A stretch of DNA of 45,045 nt from a virus (lineage: Duplodnaviria; Caudoviricetes). The DNA is taken from the IMG/VR virus record IMGVR_UViG_3300019872_000004, positions 1 to 45,045 of that record; one strand, written 5' to 3'. Within the stretch, counting starts at the first letter, position 1, and the number at the start of each line of letters is the position of its first letter. Positions 10,001 through 19,101 of the stretch are shown here, piece by piece. Both the position numbers and the translations under genes were made by a program. The notes under the pieces were generated by a model. That model had not been told where the DNA came from. It made no database searches and saw only the letters and a list, made by a program, of their open reading frames with translations.

Positions 10001-10176
10001 GCAGCAAGCCCCATTGCGTCAAAGTTTGTTTTTGATTTTTTCGCTGAATCAGAAGTAGTCATGTCTATTTTTTTGCCGAACTCATCAATAGAGCCCTGGG
10101 CTTTTTTTATATCGACGTCGAGTTTATCGAGTCGCAGCCGTACTTCGGCGAATATACTTCCCGCATCTTCTGCCAT
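7048..10176 (-). CDS. Tail tape measure protein (TP901-type core)
   Basis: >1000 aa, Ala-rich, with TTAFSAKEA, GLKGSDAGTSFKTML and TIFGTDAIRAA motifs; hydrophobic segments; probable start MAEDAGSIFAEVRL. Confidence 0.92.
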   Translation of the reverse strand: MAEDAGSIFAEVRLRLDKLDVDIKKAQGSIDEFGKKIDMTTSDSAKKSKTNFDAMGLAATLGAAAIVAAFRSAVKGFSEYDTALTDVKAATRATASELAALEQAAKDAGKTTAFSAKEALKGIEALSKAGVSNADIMGGALTGALSLAAAGSIEVGFAAETAAAAMTQFGLSGQDATHIADLLSAAAGKSQGEVSDYAQALNQVGLVAAQTGLTIEETTAALAAFGAAGLKGSDAGTSFKTMLLALNGTSDESKALMSELGISAFNASGEFVGLEKFAGNLQDALKDMSSQQRNSTLQTIFGTDAIRAANVLYNQGAAGIAKWGDKVNDAGFAAETARIKNESLEGHFKKLSSAAENASNSFVEKLSPALKGVADIGATVLNFISGVPGPIQGAVAAFVLLSGGLLAAALAARGLGLALSASLGPIGLAVAGILAIGTGIAVAAAAADELEKKRVATMFKEISDETKLSGKALDDFKDKLKNADIQLSRIFDRAKGDQLLKTKEQFEQLAKGLGLTNDQLAQVILNNDKTTDSQKNLARSFVDLVAQSERLLAVRVRDGEQLQTNKQAELDFMAAEKERAARKEAETSSLSRAVSFQNDLIAKGIITEEEGLNNKIKLRQEEIDKIIEIGEKSKGLNAGQIAEIKRLQGLNKENADTIVALQGKISNANEGFSNSSLEIQLAYEDQTEVGKEAYQEIKQAVIESLDNQIQAERDAARERLGLQAEGVAGATVAAAAYVKYDKLRSESSVTTDADIDKSNKERTEKELNRIKMGVDAWKGYVSSVSQLFQGLISALADLFAADIQNQQNALDEQYNAQVLAIDARLKAELEANGLAEKSDVEKAQAQIETAISAGDVIAEAEARRALLKAQIEKKANDDRIAADEAYQKKKAQLEYQANLASWEAKVAGAIAQVPVTILNAISAGWVFGPIGAAIFGGLASAAAGIQLAAVISAKPNPPKMATGGIILPQSGGVPVVAAENGSPELMLNSGDSGQALLSQFAALISDRIGGGGNIVLQMVVDGRMIAETTAPYFEKGIVRLKL

Positions 10177-10211
10177 GGGTTCAATATATCCGCATGGAAA
10201 CATTTTGCATA

Positions 10212-10913
10212 TTACCTACGATCTTTTCGATCTTTCATATCCAAATCACCCATGTACCACGACCGATTGTCTATATCGTTTTTGTGCAGCATATCACCCG
10301 GCCAGCGCTCGAAGTTACCCGAAATATGGTCGCTGGGCTTGTCACCCGACCGCTTCGAAGCGTAATAAGCGTCAATAAGGATTTTATCCGTTATTTTCTT
10401 GATATCGGTCTTCGAAATTCCCAAACTGTAATCAACAACAAACGCCATGAAATCAGCGGGCAGAATAAACCGCCTGGCGAGTTCTATCGACTCATATCGG
10501 CGTTTCAAATCCTTCCATGTCTGAGTCCCCCGAGCGCTCGGTGACAAAGTTTGAAACAGTCCCTTTATTTCCTTGAGTTCTCGATCTGTCGCCGCGTCAT
10601 CGATATGAGTTCCAACAATTTTCAAAATATTATCATAGGTCGGGATCGCCATTGCCTCGCGACAAATCTGATGCATGCGCTCTGCATAAGCCACCATTTC
10701 GGTAACGTCTGGCTTTTGGTTTTTGGCCTTGAGCTTGTCGTAGAAAGTGGAAATAAGCGAAATATCACCGATGGCGGCGACCTGGACTTGCGACAACTCG
10801 CGAATCCGAACCATAACAACGGCCCCGTTGAAGGGGGCCGCTATCATAGCGTGAGTCGCTTCATATATTACTCCCTCAGTTGTCTGAGGTGCGCGCTTAG
10901 ACCGTGTCCACAT
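10212..10913 (-). CDS. Tail assembly chaperone-like protein
   Basis: Position between major tail and TMP genes; start uncertain. Confidence 0.5.
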   Translation of the reverse strand: MWTRSKRAPQTTEGVIYEATHAMIAAPFNGAVVMVRIRELSQVQVAAIGDISLISTFYDKLKAKNQKPDVTEMVAYAERMHQICREAMAIPTYDNILKIVGTHIDDAATDRELKEIKGLFQTLSPSARGTQTWKDLKRRYESIELARRFILPADFMAFVVDYSLGISKTDIKKITDKILIDAYYASKRSGDKPSDHISGNFERWPGDMLHKNDIDNRSWYMGDLDMKDRKDRR

Positions 10914-11832
10914 GGAGCGCAAGATATTCCGTTACGGTAAGAAACTGCTTGGTCGCGGTCGCATCTTTTGCCAAGGTCAGCGGATCGCGATACGGAACTG
11001 CCGAGTATGTGTAGCCTACCGTGTGAGCAGATCGGTCGCCGGGATTGTCGGCGCTCGACGTATGCTTGATCGAATTCGCCTTGTAGAAATTGTACCCGAG
11101 CACGTCGCCCTGATTGTTGTCGTCGCTCGCGTAAACTTCGGCGAACCATTCGAGCGTCAACGTAGGTTTGTCAGCACTCGGCAATGGCTCATGGTAACCA
11201 TCATCGGTGTATCCGTCGTCGGTGAAGGTTCCGCCCTCGCTGAATGCGCGTATATTCATATCGTCAGCGTTGTCGACCAAAGTAAGTGTTTTTCCGGTCT
11301 TGTACGACTTAGTAACGATTGCCGACACGTCGCCGGTTCCGTCAACCCATTCAAGCCGTTCGCTGTCATGGTTCACGTCTGCGTCTGCAACACTCGCCAT
11401 GGTGTCGATCTTACGGAATTCGGTCGTGTATCCGTACCCGAACCCCGCATATTTTGCAATCTCGCCGCGTACTTGCAAGTATTTCGCAGACCCAGGGGTA
11501 GTAAGCGTCAGCTTGATACGACCGGTAACGGCCTCGCTCGAGGCGGTCAAGTTCGTTACTGCTGCCGTATTTATCGCAGCGAAAAGCTGCGCAACGGTAA
11601 CGGCAGCGATATTTATCGCCTCGTCATCGAGGTCAACTGTGTCGTTGATCCATGACCCGTTGTCGGTCTTGATCTGGATCGTAACGGCTCCGGGCGCAAC
11701 GGCAGCCGAGAAGTCGAAAGGCCCGATGCCGCCGACGGTTCGGGTCACGAGTGGTATACCCGCATCCGGGTTATTCGGGCGAATACGGGCGAAAATTACC
11801 GGGCCTTCCCGGCGTGCATTAACTGCTAACAT
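10897..11832 (-). CDS. Major tail (tube) protein
   Basis: 311 aa, AGGAG RBS, acidic beta-rich, canonical position after head-tail genes. Confidence 0.65.
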   Translation of the reverse strand: MLAVNARREGPVIFARIRPNNPDAGIPLVTRTVGGIGPFDFSAAVAPGAVTIQIKTDNGSWINDTVDLDDEAINIAAVTVAQLFAAINTAAVTNLTASSEAVTGRIKLTLTTPGSAKYLQVRGEIAKYAGFGYGYTTEFRKIDTMASVADADVNHDSERLEWVDGTGDVSAIVTKSYKTGKTLTLVDNADDMNIRAFSEGGTFTDDGYTDDGYHEPLPSADKPTLTLEWFAEVYASDDNNQGDVLGYNFYKANSIKHTSSADNPGDRSAHTVGYTYSAVPYRDPLTLAKDATATKQFLTVTEYLALHVDTV

Positions 11833-11843
11833 GATCGATTCTC

Positions 11844-12200
11844 CTATCTGAAAACGTCGAAATAATAGAACGTTCGCTCAATCGATACTGTACCATCGTC
11901 GGAAACGACTGACAACGGGGTGAGTTCGGATAGCGACCTCAATTTTCCACACCTGGTGTCCGTACCCACACCGAGCAAAAATACATCGTGAAGCAGCGTA
12001 TATACATCTTTTCGCATATAGAGCCGCATTGCCTGTTGTTGCGCGGGCAGCCAGTGACCTATGACGCGGTACCGCGTGTACGAGCCCTGTACAGGCTCTT
12101 CCTTTACTACGAGGTATGGAGCGGCGGGTCGCGGCATGCCGAACGGTACAACTTGCTTGATTGTTCCGGTCTTGAGCCGGGCTACTACGAGGTCAATAAT
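11844..12200 (-). CDS. Tail terminator-like protein (start uncertain: ATT at 12200 or ATG at 12137)
   Basis: P.APY.VVKEE pattern and position; frame open upstream of the annotated ATG. Confidence 0.5.
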   Translation of the reverse strand: MIDLVVARLKTGTIKQVVPFGMPRPAAPYLVVKEEPVQGSYTRYRVIGHWLPAQQQAMRLYMRKDVYTLLHDVFLLGVGTDTRCGKLRSLSELTPLSVVSDDGTVSIERTFYYFDVFR

Positions 12201-12556
12201 TTTCGTACCCTCTGAATAAATAAATTTCCATACTTTTCTATCAACGGTCTCAGCGCTTCGTTCTGTCTGTCGTTCGCAAGCTCGAGGTACACGCCATAAT
12301 CGATGCCGTGTGCCATAAAAAACCCGACGGCGGTCGCTTGATCTATAACCTCGCTGAAAACTCTATTTCGAGCGTCGCTCGTGATATTCGACCAATATTT
12401 TCCGACCGCGCCTTGCTGTGCCGGTTGATTGGTCAAGAATTCTTCCTGCATTGCGGCTCTATGAGCCTCGGCTAGCGCAAGTATGGTAAATTTGTTTTTA
12501 GCCATCTTGTCAGCGATATTTACGGATACTCTTCGGCTGTCGTCGGTGGCGCTCAT
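12185..12556 (-). CDS. HK97 gp10-like tail completion protein
   Basis: W..ITSDAR and HGIDYGVYLELAN...ALRP motifs. Confidence 0.7.
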   Translation of the reverse strand: MSATDDSRRVSVNIADKMAKNKFTILALAEAHRAAMQEEFLTNQPAQQGAVGKYWSNITSDARNRVFSEVIDQATAVGFFMAHGIDYGVYLELANDRQNEALRPLIEKYGNLFIQRVRKLLTS

Positions 12557-13197
12557 GGCTCAACCTCAAAACTACATGTATCCGTAAACCCGCCCTGAAC
12601 GGTAGTAACCGTAACCACCGCCGTTCCGGGGCCGATAGCCGTAACGAGCCCCGTAGCACTAACAGTCGCCACCAATGGCGCGCTCGATCCCCACGTGACC
12701 GCCTTGTTTATCGCGTTGTCCGGTGCGACGCTGGCCACGAGCTGAAACGTCGTGACCAGCGTCACCGCGTCATCATTTAGCGTCACGCCGGTCACGAGCC
12801 CGGTTTCAACCTCATCGCCGCCGTATAGTGGAGCCTGTAGTCCCTGGACGCCATCGAACTTTCGGAGCGGATCCAGACGGCCTACGCGCTGAACGCGGCC
12901 CGCGAATTCAAACGTGTCATTTTCTCGAACGTCTGCGTCATATGACGCGAGCAACCACAAGGTCAAATTCGTATCAAGCCCTGCGGGTACTTCGCCGACG
13001 GTCTGGACTCCCGCGCGCTCATGACTCACTCGGCAAAGCAATGGTGGCGTAACCGCGACAGGCGTGCCGCTCGGCGTCCAGCCTCCGAAACCATCGCTTA
13101 CAAGCGGCTGACGCATGAGCGTCACGACGGACGGTGATTCTTCAATCTGCCGCTGTATTCCTCGGCGAGCCTGAGCGATCAGTTCACGGTTAAACAT
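12553..13197 (-). CDS. Head-closure/head-tail joining protein with C-terminal Ig-like (Big_2) domain
   Basis: N-terminal DGFGG...DVREND pattern; C-terminal VAPDNAINKAVTWGSSAPLVATVSATGLVTAIGPGTAVVTVTT. Confidence 0.7.
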   Translation of the reverse strand: MFNRELIAQARRGIQRQIEESPSVVTLMRQPLVSDGFGGWTPSGTPVAVTPPLLCRVSHERAGVQTVGEVPAGLDTNLTLWLLASYDADVRENDTFEFAGRVQRVGRLDPLRKFDGVQGLQAPLYGGDEVETGLVTGVTLNDDAVTLVTTFQLVASVAPDNAINKAVTWGSSAPLVATVSATGLVTAIGPGTAVVTVTTVQGGFTDTCSFEVEP

Positions 13198-13663
13198 TTC
13201 CGCCGGCCACCGTGACGCATTTCGTTTCGACCATGACGCCGGTCGCCGTTGAATCTTCTATGGCGTTTTCTTCCTCGTAGTCTGCGAGGGTCTTTTTGTA
13301 AAAATTGTATAGATCGTTTAGCTTTATATACTCGGTCGACTCGGCGCCGTCTTTGAGCGTCACTACCTGCAACCGCGCCGCCAACCCGCGCATTATTGCC
13401 CGGTACGCCTTGCGCGTTGCCTCGAACTCGCCCGATGCGTCGTACCAGTCCGATATGCTGGTATCGCTCACGCTCAAATCGACCGGTACATAGGCGGCAC
13501 CATTCCAGGCAACGTAGGCCCCGGTGCTCACGACCTTATACGCCGTTTGCTGCGCGCTGGTGCCAGGTAGCGCCGCCGGGTCAGCGACAGATACGAGGTC
13601 TATAAACCCGGAAGGGTCTTGTATTGTGAGTCGGACGGTTCGAATTTGGGTGAACGTTGCCAT
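13190..13663 (-). CDS. Head-tail connector/adaptor
   Basis: Probable start MATFTQIRTVRLTIQDP; position after capsid block. Confidence 0.55.
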   Translation of the reverse strand: MATFTQIRTVRLTIQDPSGFIDLVSVADPAALPGTSAQQTAYKVVSTGAYVAWNGAAYVPVDLSVSDTSISDWYDASGEFEATRKAYRAIMRGLAARLQVVTLKDGAESTEYIKLNDLYNFYKKTLADYEEENAIEDSTATGVMVETKCVTVAGGNV

Positions 13664-13704
13664 GTCGAAATAATAATGCGGTACGCAAACGGTGTAAATG
13701 GGGC

Positions 13705-13733
13705 TTGACACTGTGTGTATTTTGGGTTATTTT
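13705..13733 (+). promoter_or_regulatory. Sigma70-type promoter with conserved GTGTA spacer motif
   Basis: TTGACA-ctgt-GTGTA...TATTTT, 17-nt spacer, heads a + strand island. Confidence 0.7.
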
Positions 13734-13779
13734 GGTAGGATGACCTTTAACAACGACTATGAAGAACAGGGGGTATCAT

Positions 13780-14160
13780 ATGACCGACATTGAAAAAGCT
13801 GAAATGCTTCTTGTAAAGGCAAGGTTTCCGTTTTTACGGTGGGATATTAAAATGGGAGACGACTGGTTTAAGCCCAATCCTGATGATTTTCCATTTATGG
13901 TTGAAGCTATTTCTGGTAATTACGGCATAGCATTCGAGTCACTTCAAGAATGGCCCTACCCACCAGAAACCCGCGACGGTATGCAGGTTTGGTGGCGGTA
14001 CATAAACCCAGATTTTTACGAAAACGATTGGAATCGTGGAGTTATCGATGGAACCGTTATGTATTCCATTGGCGAAGATATCTGCGCTACCGAAGTAACT
14101 GATTCTGATATCGAAATTGTCGCCGCCGATCCCCGCAACTTAAAGGAGCCCCCGAAATGA
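13780..14160 (+). CDS. Hypothetical protein (island 1)
   Basis: ORF with AGGGGG RBS after promoter. Confidence 0.6.
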   Translation: MTDIEKAEMLLVKARFPFLRWDIKMGDDWFKPNPDDFPFMVEAISGNYGIAFESLQEWPYPPETRDGMQVWWRYINPDFYENDWNRGVIDGTVMYSIGEDICATEVTDSDIEIVAADPRNLKEPPK

Positions 14161-14333
14161 CCCTTGAAGAAATCAAACAAAAACACATAAAAATAGAATA
14201 TCACCACGGCACGTACGAGGTATGGCTTGTGATAGATCACCAAAGCTTCCAGCTAGTCGCCAGTGGTGAAAGGCCAAAAGCTGAACGATGCGCTGAAATG
14301 CTCGCGATAGCCCTTGAAAGGATTGTGAAATGA
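14157..14333 (+). CDS. Hypothetical 58-aa protein (not in ORF track)
   Basis: MTLEEIKQKHIKIEYHHGTYEVWLVIDHQSF...; AAGGAG RBS and ATGA overlaps at both ends. Confidence 0.55.
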   Translation: MTLEEIKQKHIKIEYHHGTYEVWLVIDHQSFQLVASGERPKAERCAEMLAIALERIVK

Positions 14334-14731
14334 TTGAAACAAACGAAAACTATGATCGAAGGATTGCGGCAGCAACATTTATCAGGGATGCCCCTAAAGG
14401 TTCGTTTTTTGAGTGCTTTAGGGGTGTTGATCGGTGGCAGCGATGCTCACCAGCAGATGCTTTTGGTTGCTTGCATACTCAAACAGCCTCGGTTCGCATC
14501 CAACCCATCCCCCAAAAAGTCCTGCGGCCCGCGTGGGAGATTTTCAAGATCGCGACAGAAAAGGATTTAATTGATGGAAACGGACACATAAACTACACAG
14601 AACATTCAAAAATATCCTTCAAGGACTTACACTGTCTAATAGGCATGACCCTTACGGAGTGCAAATACATCACTTCATACAACGTAGACTGTTGGCCGAG
14701 CTGGTTTTTTACGGACGCCACTGATGAGTGA
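14330..14731 (+). CDS. Hypothetical protein (island 1)
   Basis: Translationally coupled ORF. Confidence 0.55.
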   Translation: MIETNENYDRRIAAATFIRDAPKGSFFECFRGVDRWQRCSPADAFGCLHTQTASVRIQPIPQKVLRPAWEIFKIATEKDLIDGNGHINYTEHSKISFKDLHCLIGMTLTECKYITSYNVDCWPSWFFTDATDE

Positions 14732-14924
14732 AGATTGTTTCCAAGAACGAATAAACGATTTAGAAGAAGTTGTGAGCGCACAAAACGAACTCATAGATTT
14801 TTACGACAAATACATCGCAAAAATCACCCCGTATCTTGTAAGCCATAGGGTAGGGCCGTCGACGGATGAGGTAGATATCTGTGAAAAGCTACAGCTAAAA
14901 GTTTACAAAGCGAAAGGGTTTTGA
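14724..14924 (+). CDS. Hypothetical protein (island 1)
   Basis: Overlapping small ORF. Confidence 0.5.
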   Translation: MSEDCFQERINDLEEVVSAQNELIDFYDKYIAKITPYLVSHRVGPSTDEVDICEKLQLKVYKAKGF

Positions 14925-14925
14925 A

Positions 14926-15114
14926 ATGATCCATCCCCAACAATCCCTCGAAGAAGCCCTCAACGCCGCTTCGGACCTCCGCGCCGAGAACATAAAGCTG
15001 CGGGAGATTGTGAGGGCGCAGGCTGCTTTAATAAGCTGGCTCGAAAAGGGAATTACAGAGGGTGACGCCTGTATACGGGCCGCTTTAGTTACTGCCAAGC
15101 AGGCCTTTGAATGA
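14926..15114 (+). CDS. Hypothetical protein (island 1)
   Basis: Small ORF with RBS-like AAGGG. Confidence 0.5.
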   Translation: MIHPQQSLEEALNAASDLRAENIKLREIVRAQAALISWLEKGITEGDACIRAALVTAKQAFE

Positions 15115-15198
15115 AACCAAACTTCACAGAACGTTTCGGGGGCTTCCAACTCGATTCTATGATTTGGGACTATAACGACGTGATTTCACAGCCAGACG

Positions 15199-15230
15199 AA
15201 AAAGCCGCCCATTTCGGAGCGGCCAATTTT
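15199..15230 (-). terminator. Terminator after major capsid gene (possibly bidirectional)
   Basis: GCCGC/GCGGC stem flanked by AAAAA and AATTTT, between convergent genes. Confidence 0.55.
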
Positions 15231-15231
15231 C

Positions 15232-16443
15232 TTACAGAGTCGGGAGACTGATTTCGACACAGAAACCATGCCCAGCGGTGCCGCCACCAGATCCGCCGAA
15301 GAACTCGGCGTCATACGCCTGGTCAGCGAAGTACCATGCCGTCGCGTTCTGCTCAAGCTTGGTGACATCGCCCTGGCCTACCACAGTCGTAAGCCCGCGC
15401 TTGACAACCGTGTAGTTTGCGACTCTAGGAACGAACAGGTACGCCTTTCCGCTCGCCACACCGGCATATGATACCGTCTTTTTGTTCCAGTAAATTGTAT
15501 CTCCGCGGTATGGTATGATCGCGCCAATCTGAGTAAGAGCCTCGAAGTTTCCGACCTTGCCTTTGCCGCCCTGGTTTAGCTGCCCGCCGATTGCGCGCAT
15601 GAAAGCCCATTCGGTGCCCTTGGGGATTGCCAAGAAAACTTCAGGTGTATTGATCGTCTGAAGCGTCTGGCCGTCTTTGAGCGTATAAAGCAGCTTGAGC
15701 GCCTGAACAAGTGTGTTATAGAGCAGCTCTTCCTTAGTGGCCCCCGCCGTAGCGTCTGCCGCCTGTTGCTGGCCCGCGTTCCATCCTGTCGCCGTGGTTT
15801 TTGCAACCATGCGGCCCAAAACGTTTCGATCATTACGAAGTCCAACGAAGGCGCGCACTACTGCTCTGTTCCGACGTTCGAGGTCGTAGAGCGAGGAAAA
15901 CAAAATTTCCTTGAGAGAAGTTTTGTCCGCGAGCCCCTTGAGGTCGAAGGTCAAATTTCCGGTAGCGCCGCTCTTGTGTTCCATGAGGGGCAGAGGGTCG
16001 TTATTTCCGCTAACGTCTTCGAACACACCGGCCCATTCAAGGAATTCGTCTAGCGTGACGCTCGGTCCTGCCTCGGGCTTCTGAATTTCGATGCCTACAA
16101 GATCGGTAAAGTCGGGTTCTTGAACGCGCCGACGACTTATGTCGATTCGAACGAGGTCTGTCATGGTCGCCCAGTCGTCAGGCAACATTGCCGCGTTTTT
16201 TACTAGTCGCGTACGGTAGTCGCTAAGCCTGTTCCAAACAGCGGCGTACAGCTCGGAGTTTTCGTACTCCAAGGCGTCCATGTGCGCGACGATACCGGTC
16301 TTGCCGGCAGCGTCGGCGAGCGGTGCCATTTGCGGATTGGCGAGGTTGAATTTACCATCGCCCTCGTAAACGCGGTCGACCTTAGAGTATTTGTTCTCGA
16401 TGCGGAACTTCCGCAGTCCCATTTTGTCAAGTAAAAGTGCCAT
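15232..16443 (-). CDS. Major capsid protein
   Basis: ~400 aa with AGGAG RBS (MALLLDKMG), after protease and decoration genes, followed by terminator. Confidence 0.7.
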   Translation of the reverse strand: MALLLDKMGLRKFRIENKYSKVDRVYEGDGKFNLANPQMAPLADAAGKTGIVAHMDALEYENSELYAAVWNRLSDYRTRLVKNAAMLPDDWATMTDLVRIDISRRRVQEPDFTDLVGIEIQKPEAGPSVTLDEFLEWAGVFEDVSGNNDPLPLMEHKSGATGNLTFDLKGLADKTSLKEILFSSLYDLERRNRAVVRAFVGLRNDRNVLGRMVAKTTATGWNAGQQQAADATAGATKEELLYNTLVQALKLLYTLKDGQTLQTINTPEVFLAIPKGTEWAFMRAIGGQLNQGGKGKVGNFEALTQIGAIIPYRGDTIYWNKKTVSYAGVASGKAYLFVPRVANYTVVKRGLTTVVGQGDVTKLEQNATAWYFADQAYDAEFFGGSGGGTAGHGFCVEISLPTL

Positions 16444-16459
16444 TTTCTCAATGCTCCTA

Positions 16460-16879
16460 TTAGCTGGCCGCGATAAACGCGAGCGTCGGGAAGATGCCAA
16501 CGAATTCCCAAGTGGCTTCACTCGCGGAACCGACACGGCTTACAACACCGACAAGATGGCGAGTTGTACTTGCGTCTGCTTCGTAAAACTTTCCGTCAGA
16601 AGTGTCATAAAAAACGTCCTGATTTTCGGTGTAGAACGTCTGGCTTGTTCCGGTCTGTGCAGCACCTACTATGTAGCAGGCTCCGACATGTATAGTCCCT
16701 GTGCCAGTAGTCGCCGCAATATCTTCGTCAGCGATTCCGAAGAATCTGCCGAACTTAACGAAATCGCCCTGATTGATCGCAGACCCGGCGTTTATCACCT
16801 TTTGGTGAAAACCTTGTGGTTCTTTTTTGACAGCGCCCTGACGGAGCGTAGTCGTATTTTCGCTTGCAGGTAAGCTCAT
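16460..16879 (-). CDS. Capsid decoration/cement protein (DUF2190-like)
   Basis: AINQGDFVKFGRFFGIADEDIAA pattern; between protease and capsid genes. Confidence 0.6.
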   Translation of the reverse strand: MSLPASENTTTLRQGAVKKEPQGFHQKVINAGSAINQGDFVKFGRFFGIADEDIAATTGTGTIHVGACYIVGAAQTGTSQTFYTENQDVFYDTSDGKFYEADASTTRHLVGVVSRVGSASEATWEFVGIFPTLAFIAAS

Positions 16880-16880
16880 T

Positions 16881-18098
16881 TCATACCCTCAGTTTCGCGA
16901 GCGGGTCAGCCTGTTCGGCTGCCTCTCGGCTATTAATGCGATTGAGCGGCGAAGTAACGTCAGCCATGGCGGCTGCTACATTTTTCGCGCTGTCTGTTTT
17001 TTCGAACTCTGCCATTCGTACCGCGAGGTCTGCAAACTTGATGCCTACCAGCATGTCAGTAGCCAGCGTAAGCAAGGCCCCTGAATACTTTTTAGCAAGC
17101 GCGTTTCTTACGCGGTCTGCGTCGAACTCGGTGAGCTGCGCCTGTACGGTCAAAAGCTGCACCTTTGTTGCGGTCAATTCCTCGCCTACCTTATTTTGGA
17201 TTTCTCCGACGAGCTGGGAACTGAGCCCCAGGGCGTTCGCGATTTCCTTGAGCGTAAGCTGGTTGTTGTCGACGGCGACTTTTGCGGCGTCCAAAATTTC
17301 TTGTTTTGTCACTTTCTTATCGTCCTTTCGGTCAATCAATTTGACCAAATCGTCCGCTTGCTTTTTTATTGCCGGATCGGTTGCGCGGGCCGCAATGGAG
17401 CGGAGCGCGGAACGGAAGACGACGCCATTTTTAGCGTACGGATATTCTCCAATATATTCGAGTGCATCGTTTTTTGTAAATGACCATGCAGAATGCATAT
17501 CTACTGCTCCTGAAATAATGGCGGCAGCAGGGTCTATTTTTTGTGCTCGAGCAGAGTTCGTTACCTTGATTTTTGCCTGCGCCATAGCGAGTGCGGCCGC
17601 ACGCGTTGTAGCCTGTCCGCTGGTTTGTATTTCGTCTGCAATCCCAAAGTCTACAATCTCCTGACCAAAAAGCCATGTTTCTTCGTCCATGAATTTACGG
17701 ATTGCAGCCGGAGTTTTCCCGGTCTTTGCCGCGTACATATCCGCGATCATGACAGACCACGCTTCGAGCTGGTCGGCGAGCTTTCGCATATCGTTCTGGT
17801 CCCCAAACTCCCCTGACTGCGCGTTGTGTATCATGACGGTCGAATTGTCTCGAGCTATGATTTTGTCGAACCCAAGGGCAATAACGGTACCGGCGCTGGC
17901 GACAAGCGCACCCAGCGTTACGGTCTTGGATCCGGCATACGCTTTCAAAACGGTATTGATATTTATGCCCGCGAAAAAGTCACCGCCTGGTGTATTTAGT
18001 TCAACCTCTATAGGTCCGCCACCTGCCTGGCGTAGCGCCTCGTCAACAATTTGACTCGTAATTTCCCAACCTACTTCGCCGCTCCAATTAAATTTCAT
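16881..18098 (-). CDS. ClpP-type head maturation protease with scaffold-like C-terminus
   Basis: LNTPGGD, VASAGT (catalytic Ser), MIHNA (His), MDEETWL, GIADEI motifs. Confidence 0.9.
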   Translation of the reverse strand: MKFNWSGEVGWEITSQIVDEALRQAGGGPIEVELNTPGGDFFAGININTVLKAYAGSKTVTLGALVASAGTVIALGFDKIIARDNSTVMIHNAQSGEFGDQNDMRKLADQLEAWSVMIADMYAAKTGKTPAAIRKFMDEETWLFGQEIVDFGIADEIQTSGQATTRAAALAMAQAKIKVTNSARAQKIDPAAAIISGAVDMHSAWSFTKNDALEYIGEYPYAKNGVVFRSALRSIAARATDPAIKKQADDLVKLIDRKDDKKVTKQEILDAAKVAVDNNQLTLKEIANALGLSSQLVGEIQNKVGEELTATKVQLLTVQAQLTEFDADRVRNALAKKYSGALLTLATDMLVGIKFADLAVRMAEFEKTDSAKNVAAAMADVTSPLNRINSREAAEQADPLAKLRV

Positions 18099-19060
18099 GA
18101 CATGCTCCTGTATCGCGCCGCCCATTCGTCGAGGTATTCGACCTGTTCGCCATTATGCCATCGTGCGATATCGTCTGCAACGGTGTTTAGATCCCGAAGG
18201 CGCGCACGTAGCTGGCACATGCAATTTGCATGCGGCCTCGCTGGTACGTCTGGCCTATCAAGGGTAGTTCCAGGCGATTTATAAGGTGACCCCGATGCCA
18301 ATTCTGGACATATACATTCGTGGATTTGCGTATTTATACGGACCCAGTCGAAAAGCTGCGTAGCCGCCGGATTATTTAACCCCTGTTCAATCGACGCCTC
18401 TTGCATGCTGGCCCCGAGTTCCGACCGAGCAATACGCAGCGCCCGCCAGTCAACTTTTTTGGCTATAACGTCGCCGAATTTCGCATTACCATATTCGACT
18501 GGCACCCCGCCCCGGCCCTTTGCCACGTAGTCCTGAATGTCCTTGGCTATCTTGATCGTTCCGCGCCCCTGGGCTATCCCGGAAGCAACCAGACGTTTTA
18601 TCTGTTCCTGATAGTCCCCGCCGACCTGAAAAACTCGCTCGCTGAAAGTATACCCGTCCTGCCATGTTCGATTCAGCAGATTAGCTATCAGTCGATTATT
18701 TACAGCAACGGTCATAGACGCCAGGCCGACGGCGCTGACCGTCGTGCCCATGAGTTCGGCAATCATCGCGTTATCGATCTTTGCATATTGAGAATACCCA
18801 GCCGTGACCATGATCGGTATTTCGGATTGCAGTCGCGCGGCTATTGCTTCTACCGCGCTCATGAGCTGCGCCTGTAAGTCGGCGAGCATATCGATTGTGA
18901 GCTGTGACCGGCCTGCGGCGGCGGCCGCGCGGAGCTGTGCCGCGATTTTGTTCGCGCTATCTTCGTATACGATTTTCAATTCGCGCATCACAGACCGGAC
19001 GAGTTTCGGCCATTTGCCTCGGGCGGCTATATATAGTTTTTCATATTCTGAGGCTGTCAC
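18095..19060 (-). CDS. Minor head protein (SPP1 gp7 / Mu gpF-like)
   Basis: DGYTFSERV, ALRIARSE and PHANCMC motifs; probable GTG start at 19060. Confidence 0.75.
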   Translation of the reverse strand: MTASEYEKLYIAARGKWPKLVRSVMRELKIVYEDSANKIAAQLRAAAAAGRSQLTIDMLADLQAQLMSAVEAIAARLQSEIPIMVTAGYSQYAKIDNAMIAELMGTTVSAVGLASMTVAVNNRLIANLLNRTWQDGYTFSERVFQVGGDYQEQIKRLVASGIAQGRGTIKIAKDIQDYVAKGRGGVPVEYGNAKFGDVIAKKVDWRALRIARSELGASMQEASIEQGLNNPAATQLFDWVRINTQIHECICPELASGSPYKSPGTTLDRPDVPARPHANCMCQLRARLRDLNTVADDIARWHNGEQVEYLDEWAARYRSMS

Positions 19061-19101
19061 CGTTCCATGATAAAATATTTTGATAAATGTTGCGATACGT
19101 G

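Noticed and set aside
8741-11851. Long plus-strand ORFs antisense to TMP and major tail genes
   Set aside because: Antisense shadows of well-supported genes with no motifs or RBS; same for 712-1302, 2992-3732, 16864-17664, 34791-35654 and 40948-41637
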